64,000 bases of DNA from NCBI GenBank assembly GCA_021155885.1, contig JAJNBB010000004.1, positions 5,725-69,724 of the forward strand, in the 5' to 3' direction. Under the pieces are notes generated by a model. The model was not told the origin of the DNA. It did no database searches and worked only from the letters and a program-made list of their open reading frames with translations. This document shows, one piece after another, positions 8,544-14,788 of this stretch. Position numbers and translations under genes: made by a program. The number at the start of each line of letters is the position of its first letter. The stretch's first letter is position 1. Origin of the DNA: Fibrobacteria bacterium (GTDB taxonomy: Bacteria; Fibrobacterota; Fibrobacteria; UBA11236).

Positions 8544-10895
8544 TCAGCCTTCCTCCCTAAGGGTCTTCGCGGCGCGGACCATGTTCTCGAGGGACGGAAG
8601 CACCTCTTCCCAGCGGCGGGTTTTCAGGCCGCAATCCGGGTTGACCCAAAGGCGCGCGGGGTCGATCACCGCGCGCGCGCGGCGCAGAAGCGCGGTCATC
8701 TCCTCGGCGTCCGGAACCCGGGGCGAATGGATGTCCCATAGCCCGGGACCGACCGCGTTCGGGTAGGCGTACTCCCGGAAGGACTCCAGCAGCTCCATGC
8801 CGGACCGCGAGGCCTCCAGCGAGATCACGTCCGCATCCATCGCCGCGATGGACGCCATGACCTCCCCGAAGTCGCAGTAGCACATGTGGGTGTGGATCTG
8901 GGTTTCATCGCGAACCCCGGCAGCGGCCAGCTTGAAGGCCTTCACCTCCCAGTCCAAGGTCTCCTTCCACTCGCTTTCATGGAGCGGCAAGGCCTCGCGC
9001 AGCGCGGGTTCGTCGATCTGGATGGCCGCGATCCCGGCGTCCTCCAGATCCTTCACCTCGTCGCGCAGGGCCAGGGCGATCTGGTTGGCGGTATCGGAGA
9101 GCGGCTGGTCGTCCCGCACGAAGCTCCACTTGAGGATCGTGACCGGGCCCGTGAGCATTCCCTTCACCGGCGACTTGCTGGCCCGGCTGGAAAACACCGT
9201 CCAATCGAGGGTCATCGGCGCGGCGCGGAAAACGTCGCCGAAAATGACCGGAGGCTTCACGCAACGGCTGCCATAGCTCTGCACCCAGCCGTGCGCGGTG
9301 AAGGCGAAGCCTTCGAGCTTTTCCCCGAAGAACTCCACCATGTCGTTTCGCTCGAACTCCCCGTGCACCAGGAGGTCGATTCCCAGGTCCTCCTGCAGGC
9401 GGAGCCCCTTGAGGGTTTCTTCCTCCAGGAATTTCCGGTATTCGGCATCGCTGATTTGGCCTTTCTTATGCAGCGCCCGGGCGCGGCGGACCTCTTCGGT
9501 CTGGGGGAAGGAGCCGATGGTCGTGACCGGGTAAGCGGGCAGGCCCAGGCGCCCCTGCTGCGCGACCGCGCGTCTCGCGAAGGGCGATGTCCTCTCCAGG
9601 TCCTCGGCGCGAATGGCCGCCATGCGTTTCCGGACGGCGGGGACCTTCACTCCCTCGTGGTTTCGGCGCTCGGCGATGGCGTTCCGGTTCGCGACGTAGG
9701 CCGGATCCTCCTCGGGCTTTTCCAATCCCGAAAGCCGGGCCAGCGTCTGGATCTCCCCCAGCTTTTCTTCCGCGAACGACAGCCAGTTCTTGAGGCCCAC
9801 GGCGGCGGCCGCGCCGCCTTCCTGGGACAGGGCGCCCCCGGCGCCTTCTCCGGACGACAGGGCGTCCTCCCTCTCCAGCGACACGGGCACGTGCATCAGG
9901 GAAGAGGCGGAGGACAGGATCAGCCTGGCCTCGCCCACCGACGCTTTGGCCTTTTCGATCCGGGCGAGGGAGCGGGCGAAATCGTTCTTCCAGATATTGC
10001 GGCCTTCCACGACGCCCAGGGAAAGCGTTTTCTGCTTCGGCAGTCCGGCCAACACCGCGTCCAGCTCATCGCCCGCGCGGAAGAGGTCCAGATGAAATCC
10101 CTGCGCCGGCAGTTCGAGCGCCGTCTTCAGGTTGTCGCCGTAGCGGCCGAAGTAGGAGGCCACCAGAATGGACAAGCCCGGCGCGGCCTTCGACAAGGTT
10201 TCGTAGGTCTCGGCGATCGCCCGGCGCTTTTCGGCGCTGATTTCGGTGGCCAGGATCGGTTCGTCCATCTGGACCCATTCCGCGCCGAGACGCCGCAGCT
10301 CCTGCAGAAGGGTGACGTAGACCGGCACCAGCCGTTCGAGCAAGGCGAGGGTGTCGAAAGGCCGGCCCGCGGGCTTCGCGAGGGACAGGAAGGTAACGGG
10401 CCCGATGAGCACGGGCTTGGTCAGGATCCCCAGGCTCTTCGCTTCCTGGAATTCATCGAAGGGCTTGGTCGAGGCGAGCTGGAAATCCTGATCCTCCTTC
10501 AGTTGCGGAACGAGATAGTGATAATTGGTATCCCACCACTTGGTCATTTCCAGCGCCTGGACGGGAGTTCCGTTCGGGAGTTTTCCCCCGCGCGCCATGG
10601 CGAAATATTCGTCCAGGTTCGGCCTCCGGCTTTTGTCCAGATAGCGCTCGGGAGCGCAGCCCAAAAGGACCGTGTGATCAAGCACCTGGTCGTAGAGGCT
10701 GAAATCGTTGGAGGGAATCAGTTCGATGCCCGCCGCTTTTTGCAGCGCCCAGTTCTCCGCGCGCAGCTTGTGGGCGGTCAGGAGCAGGTCGGTGCGGGTG
10801 GTGTTTCCGCTCCAATAACCTTCGATCGCTTTTTTCAGTTCGCGGTTCGGGCCGATGCGCGGAAAGCCCAGGGTTTGGGTTTTAACAGGGGACAA
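8544..10895 (-). CDS. metE: cobalamin-independent methionine synthase
   Basis: 783 aa with the typical N-terminus MSPVKTQTLGFPRIGPNRELKKAIEGYW. The two-domain MetE layout is present and the C-terminal half contains the HTHMCYCDF zinc-site motif. Confidence 0.97.
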   Translation of the reverse strand: MSPVKTQTLGFPRIGPNRELKKAIEGYWSGNTTRTDLLLTAHKLRAENWALQKAAGIELIPSNDFSLYDQVLDHTVLLGCAPERYLDKSRRPNLDEYFAMARGGKLPNGTPVQALEMTKWWDTNYHYLVPQLKEDQDFQLASTKPFDEFQEAKSLGILTKPVLIGPVTFLSLAKPAGRPFDTLALLERLVPVYVTLLQELRRLGAEWVQMDEPILATEISAEKRRAIAETYETLSKAAPGLSILVASYFGRYGDNLKTALELPAQGFHLDLFRAGDELDAVLAGLPKQKTLSLGVVEGRNIWKNDFARSLARIEKAKASVGEARLILSSASSLMHVPVSLEREDALSSGEGAGGALSQEGGAAAAVGLKNWLSFAEEKLGEIQTLARLSGLEKPEEDPAYVANRNAIAERRNHEGVKVPAVRKRMAAIRAEDLERTSPFARRAVAQQGRLGLPAYPVTTIGSFPQTEEVRRARALHKKGQISDAEYRKFLEEETLKGLRLQEDLGIDLLVHGEFERNDMVEFFGEKLEGFAFTAHGWVQSYGSRCVKPPVIFGDVFRAAPMTLDWTVFSSRASKSPVKGMLTGPVTILKWSFVRDDQPLSDTANQIALALRDEVKDLEDAGIAAIQIDEPALREALPLHESEWKETLDWEVKAFKLAAAGVRDETQIHTHMCYCDFGEVMASIAAMDADVISLEASRSGMELLESFREYAYPNAVGPGLWDIHSPRVPDAEEMTALLRRARAVIDPARLWVNPDCGLKTRRWEEVLPSLENMVRAAKTLREEG

Positions 10896-10986
10896 GGGGA
10901 CTCCTTGGAAATAGGGGAACGGTTTCCATGAGCCGATAATAGCAGTGCCGTTTCATGAATAAAAATGGTTTTTTCTCATTAAACAA

Positions 10987-10999
10987 TGAATTAGATTCA
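10987..10999. promoter_or_regulatory. candidate MetR operator (TGAA-N5-TTCA)
   Basis: TGAATTAGATTCA fits the enterobacterial MetR consensus TGAANNNNNTTCA. It is centred in the 113-nt metE/metR divergent intergenic region. Confidence 0.55.
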
Positions 11000-11008
11000 T
11001 GGATAACC

Positions 11009-11908
11009 ATGACCTCCCTGGAACGTATCCACCTGGAAATCATGCGTGCCGTCGACAAGGAGGGCACGATGACGGCCGCCGCCCGCGCGCTCCACCTGAC
11101 CCAATCGGCCCTGAGCCACAGCATGCGGAAGCTCGAGGATCAGCTCGGGGTGAAGCTCTGGCTGCGCGAAGGGCGCGCCCTGCGGCCCACCCAGGCGGGA
11201 GAACATTTGTTGGCCGCCGCCCGGCGCCTGCTCCCGCAGTTGATCCGCACCGAGGAATTCCTGGGCCAGTTCGCGCAGGGCAAGCGCGGCACGCTCCGGG
11301 TGGGAATGGAATGCCACCCTTGCTACCAGTGGCTCCAGAAAATCTCGGCGCCCTACCTTCGCGCGTGGCCGCTGGTCGACCTGGACATCAAGCAGGAGTT
11401 CCAGTTCGGGGGCATCGGGGCATTGCTCGCCTACGAGATCGATCTGCTCGTGACGCCGGATCCCTTGAGCAAACCGGGACTCTACTTCGAGCCCGTGTTC
11501 GATTACGAACAAGTGCTGGTCGTCGGGCCCGAGCATCCGCTGCGCGGCGAGACCCACGTCCTCCCGCGCCAGCTGGGGGACGAAGTCCTGTTCACCTATC
11601 CCGTGCCGCAGGATCGTCTCGACGTCTATACCCGCTTCCTCGCCCCGGCCGGCATGACCGTCCGGCGGCAGAAACAAATCGAAACGACGGACATGATGCT
11701 CCAGATGGTGGCCTGCGGGCGCGGCGTGGCGGCCCTGCCGCGCTGGCTCGTCGAGGAGTATTCCTCCAAATACCCGGTCCATCCCATCCGGCTCGGGGCG
11801 AAGGGGGTGGACAAGCAAATCTTCCTGGGAATCCGGAAGGCAGATCTCGAGGTAGACTACGTCCGCGCCTTCATCGAACGGGCGCGGCAATATCGCGAGA
11901 AAGGTTAA
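11009..11908 (+). CDS. metR: LysR-family transcriptional activator MetR
   Basis: The HTH is MTAAARALHLTQSALSHSMRKLE. There are long colinear matches to E. coli MetR as I remember it (MECHPCYQWL, PVFDYEQVLVV, LFTYPVPQDRLDVYTRFLAPAG, MLQMVACGRGVAALPRWLV). The gene is divergent from metE. I trimmed the start to MTSLERIH. Confidence 0.85.
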   Translation: MTSLERIHLEIMRAVDKEGTMTAAARALHLTQSALSHSMRKLEDQLGVKLWLREGRALRPTQAGEHLLAAARRLLPQLIRTEEFLGQFAQGKRGTLRVGMECHPCYQWLQKISAPYLRAWPLVDLDIKQEFQFGGIGALLAYEIDLLVTPDPLSKPGLYFEPVFDYEQVLVVGPEHPLRGETHVLPRQLGDEVLFTYPVPQDRLDVYTRFLAPAGMTVRRQKQIETTDMMLQMVACGRGVAALPRWLVEEYSSKYPVHPIRLGAKGVDKQIFLGIRKADLEVDYVRAFIERARQYREKG

Positions 11909-11944
11909 GCGCGGAGTGAAGCTGTATTTCTAAAAGGAGATGAT

Positions 11945-12028
11945 GTTGTTGGTTGTTGGTTGTTGGCCGGGAATCCAGATGCCGCATCCACGTGCGCTCT
12001 AACAACCAACAACCAACAACAAACAACC
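11945..12028. repeat. family A hairpin element copy 1: (GTTGTTGG)n / (CCAACAAC)n arms
   Basis: Left arm 11945-11966 is gttgttggttgttggttgttgg. It pairs with 11999-12020 over 22 bp (20 perfect, then one G-T and one G-C). The loop is about 32 nt and the right arm continues as aaacaacc. It sits between the convergent metR and pfkA genes. Confidence 0.85.
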
Positions 12029-12032
12029 TTCC

Positions 12033-13007
12033 CTACAGCGCCAACCTTCTGGCCAGCGCCAACAGATCGCGGTCGAGATCCTTCTTCTTCCCCACCGCGT
12101 CGGCGAAGGGCACGAGCACGAGGCGCCCGCCCGCCTCGCCGGCCATCTGGCCGGTCTCCCCGGCGATCGCGGAGCGCACGGCGAAGGCGCCCAGGCGCGT
12201 GGACAACAGGCGGTCGCGGGCGGTAGGCGATCCCCCGCGCTGCATGTGCCCCAGCACCGACACCCGGTAGTCGTTGCCCGTCAGCTTGTGCAGCTCCTCC
12301 GCCACCGCCGCCGCGCCGCCCGGATACGCGCCCTCGGCGACCACCAGGATGCTGCTGGTCTTGCCCGCCCGCTTGCCCTTCTGCAGGCGCTCCGAGATCG
12401 CGGCGATGTCCACCGGGTCCTCGGGGACGAGCACCTCCTCGGCGCCGCCGCACAGCGCCGCCTGCAGCGCGATGAACCCCGCGTGGCGTCCCATCACCTC
12501 CACCAGGAAATGGCGCTCATGCGCCTCGGCGGTGTCGCGGATCTTGTCGATCGCGTCCAGCGCCGTGGTCACCGCGGTATCGTAGCCGATGGTTTCGTCG
12601 GTGCCGTACAAATCATTGTCGATCGTTCCCGGAAGGCCCAGGACCTGGCCCTTCCACTCCTCGGCCAGGCGCATGCATCCGGTCAGCGTGCCGTTCCCGC
12701 CGATGGCGATCAGCGCGTCCACCGCGTTGGCCCTCAGGGTTTCCGCGGCCTTCTTCACGCCCTCGGGCGTGGCGAACTCGGGGCAGCGCGAGGTGCGCAA
12801 AAAGGTGCCGCCCCGCTGCAGGATGTTCGAAACGTCCCGCGGACCGAGATGGAGGAGATGCTCCTCCAGCAGCCCGTAATAACCGCGCTGAACCCCCAGC
12901 ACCACATGGCCCAACGAACTGGCCTCGCGCACCACGCCGCGCAGCGCGGCGTTCATGCCCGGAGCGTCTCCCCCGCTCGTCAAAACCGCGAATCGCATGT
13001 GTCCCAT
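12033..13007 (-). CDS. pfkA: 6-phosphofructokinase
   Basis: PFK motifs are present (RFAVLTSGGDAPGMNAA, PGTIDNDLYGTDETIGYDTA, EVMGRHAGFIAL). The start is ambiguous between ATG 13007 (MGHM) and ATG 12998 (MRFA). Confidence 0.9.
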   Translation of the reverse strand: MGHMRFAVLTSGGDAPGMNAALRGVVREASSLGHVVLGVQRGYYGLLEEHLLHLGPRDVSNILQRGGTFLRTSRCPEFATPEGVKKAAETLRANAVDALIAIGGNGTLTGCMRLAEEWKGQVLGLPGTIDNDLYGTDETIGYDTAVTTALDAIDKIRDTAEAHERHFLVEVMGRHAGFIALQAALCGGAEEVLVPEDPVDIAAISERLQKGKRAGKTSSILVVAEGAYPGGAAAVAEELHKLTGNDYRVSVLGHMQRGGSPTARDRLLSTRLGAFAVRSAIAGETGQMAGEAGGRLVLVPFADAVGKKKDLDRDLLALARRLAL

Positions 13008-13126
13008 GGCTCCCCCTCTCTCTGGAAATACATCTAGCATTAAAAGAGCCTTCAAAAAATCCAAATTTCCGCCGAATTCCCACCTCCCGCGCGCGGAACG
13101 TTCCCGAAATACCCCTTGACAACGGA

Positions 13127-13141
13127 TTAGAATCATTCTAA
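13127..13141. promoter_or_regulatory. perfect 7-1-7 palindrome TTAGAAT-C-ATTCTAA (Fur/PerR-type box) overlapping a sigma70-like promoter
   Basis: The palindrome lies 10 nt upstream of the Fur-family gene. TTGACA is at 13116-13121 and TAAACT at 13139-13144 (17-nt spacer). The architecture resembles the PerR box TTATAATNATTATAA. Confidence 0.6.
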
Positions 13142-13150
13142 ACTAATCTC

Positions 13151-13534
13151 ATGGCCGCACTTCTCACCAAGCATCGCGAGACCGTCCTCACCGTGGTCCA
13201 GACCAGCAAGGATCATCCCACGGCCCGGCAGGTTTTCGAGCGTTCCCTGAAACGGGATCCGCGCCTGAGCATGGCCACGGTTTACAATTCGCTTAACTTC
13301 CTCACCGAGGGCGGCTACGTGCGCCGCCTCGATTCGGGTGAGGACGGCACCCGCTACGACGGCATCCTGGCCCAGCACGACCACCTGATCTGCCGCCAGT
13401 GCGGCCACATCGAGGACGTGGATCTGCTGCCCGCGGAGCGCGCGCGCTTCTCCACGCTGTCGCACTTTCATGTCGAGGAAGTTTCCCTGCGCCTCACCGG
13501 GCTGTGCGCGAAATGCCGCCGGAGCGCCGGCTGA
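13151..13534 (+). CDS. Fur-family metalloregulator (PerR-like by context)
   Basis: It has a winged-helix N-terminus (HPTARQVFERSLKRDPRLSMATVYNSLNFLTEGGYV). It also has the HDHLICRQCGHIEDV and LTGLCAKCRR Cys pairs. It is followed by dps and a peroxiredoxin gene. Confidence 0.85.
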   Translation: MAALLTKHRETVLTVVQTSKDHPTARQVFERSLKRDPRLSMATVYNSLNFLTEGGYVRRLDSGEDGTRYDGILAQHDHLICRQCGHIEDVDLLPAERARFSTLSHFHVEEVSLRLTGLCAKCRRSAG

Positions 13535-13558
13535 CGCGCGCTTTTTTTTGCCCTTAAA

Positions 13559-13573
13559 CTAGAACTATTCTAA
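13559..13573. promoter_or_regulatory. second, imperfect Fur/PerR-type box CTAGAAC-T-ATTCTAA
   Basis: It differs from the perfect box at 13127-13141 at two positions. It lies 17 nt upstream of the dps start and just before the GGAGA RBS. Confidence 0.45.
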
Positions 13574-13589
13574 TTCAAAAGGAGATCTC

Positions 13590-14072
13590 ATGAAAACCTC
13601 ACCTCTCATCCTCGACATCGGCATCTCCGCGCGGGATCGCGCCGTCCTCGCCGAAAATCTCTCGCGCGTGCTGGCCGACACCTACTCTCTCTATCTGAAG
13701 ACGCATTCCTTCCACTGGAACGTCACCGGGCCCATGTTCCAGACGCTGCACCTCATGTTCGAGGCGCAGTATAACGAACTCGCGCTCGCCGTCGACCTGG
13801 TGGCCGAGCGCATCCGCGCCCTGGGGCATCACGCTCCGGGCACCTATTCGGAATACGCGAAGCTTTCGTCCATTCCCGAGACCGCGGGCGCGCCCAAAGC
13901 CAACGAGATGATCGAACTCCTGCTGAAAGGCAACGAGGCCGTCGCGCGCACCGCGCGCAAGGCCTTTTCGGTCGCCGACAAGGCGAACGACCAGCCCACG
14001 GCCGACCTGCTCACGCAGCGCATGGACGTGCACGAGAAGGCGGCGTGGATGCTGCGCTCTCTGCTCGATTAA
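13590..14072 (+). CDS. dps: Dps-family protein (second paralog)
   Basis: It is colinear with the 3489..3959 Dps ([37 protein letters not shown]...[17 protein letters not shown]). Confidence 0.9.
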   Translation: MKTSPLILDIGISARDRAVLAENLSRVLADTYSLYLKTHSFHWNVTGPMFQTLHLMFEAQYNELALAVDLVAERIRALGHHAPGTYSEYAKLSSIPETAGAPKANEMIELLLKGNEAVARTARKAFSVADKANDQPTADLLTQRMDVHEKAAWMLRSLLD

Positions 14073-14110
14073 AAAAACGATAAAACAACCCCAACGAAAG
14101 GACAATTGAA

Positions 14111-14701
14111 ATGAGCTTCATCGTCACCAAACCCGCCCCGGTCTTCAAGGCCAAGGCCGTGCTTCCGAACGGAACCTTCGGCGAGATCGACCTCGCGTCG
14201 TTCCGCGGCAAGCACGTGTTCCTTTACTTCTACCCGCTCGCGTTCACCTTCGTGTGCCCGACCGAGATCCTCGCCTTCGACAAGCGGATCGCGGACTTCA
14301 AGGCGAAGGGCGTCGAGGTCATCGGCGTCTCGGTGGATTCGGTTCACACCCTCGCCGCGTGGCGCAACACGCCCGTGAAGGAAGGCGGCATCGGCGCGAT
14401 CAACCACCCGGTGGTGGCCGACCTCAACAAGCAGATCGCGCGCGATTACGGCATCCTGTTCGAGGAGGAGGTCGCCCTTCGCGGCCAGTTCCTGATCGAC
14501 AAGGAGGGCGTCGTGCGCCATGCACTGGTGAACGACCTCCCGCTCGGCCGCAGCGTGGACGAGGCGCTGCGCACGATCGACGCGCTGCAGTTCTTCGAGG
14601 AGAACGGCGAGGTCTGCCCGGCCAACTGGCACAAGGGCGACGAGGCCATCCGGGAAACCCGCGAGTCGGTGGGCGCTTACCTCGCAAAAACCGCCTCGTA
14701 G
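14111..14701 (+). CDS. ahpC: typical 2-Cys peroxiredoxin (AhpC/Tsa family)
   Basis: The peroxidatic-Cys motif is FYPLAFTFVCPTEI. The resolving Cys is in GEVCPANW near the C-terminus. Confidence 0.9.
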   Translation: MSFIVTKPAPVFKAKAVLPNGTFGEIDLASFRGKHVFLYFYPLAFTFVCPTEILAFDKRIADFKAKGVEVIGVSVDSVHTLAAWRNTPVKEGGIGAINHPVVADLNKQIARDYGILFEEEVALRGQFLIDKEGVVRHALVNDLPLGRSVDEALRTIDALQFFEENGEVCPANWHKGDEAIRETRESVGAYLAKTAS

Positions 14702-14718
14702 ACGGACGTCCCGTTCGC

Positions 14719-14751
14719 AAAAAAAGCCCCGGAGCGATCCGGGGCTTTTTC
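14719..14751. terminator. bidirectional rho-independent terminator
   Basis: The stem gccccgg/ccggggc (14726-14745) is flanked by an A-tract and a T-tract. It sits between the convergent ahpC and 14789..16987 genes. Confidence 0.75.
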
Positions 14752-14788
14752 TAGGGGCATCCCCGAGGGGACCTCTCTCCCGCCAAAA

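Noticed and set aside
8886-10931. Very long ORFs antisense to confidently identified genes. Examples: 8886..10931 opposite metE, 18404..20641 opposite gyrB, 41856..44666 opposite DUF2723, 50586..53438 opposite secDF, 31440..33596 and 33578..35437 opposite the acc genes, 58840..60711 opposite nuoB-D, and 768..1976, 4190..5383, 14817..16925.
   Set aside because: These are typical high-GC stop-codon-depleted shadow frames. The translations are Arg/Gly/Ala/His/Pro-rich low-complexity sequences with no recognisable motifs. Each fully overlaps a gene with unambiguous homology on the other strand or in another frame.
10896-11008. Possible cobalamin or SAM riboswitch in the metE leader.
   Set aside because: The leader is only ~113 nt and is shared with divergent metR. 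I saw no B12-box-like or SAM-I core sequence. A MetR-type TGAA-N5-TTCA site explains the regulation better.
11941-12035. CRISPR-like interpretation of the GTTGTTGG / CCAACAAC repeats (also at 25335-25435 and 54300-54404).
   Set aside because: Each locus is a single inverted-repeat pair, not an array of direct repeats with spacers. No cas genes are nearby, and the arms are oligo-repeat low-complexity sequence.
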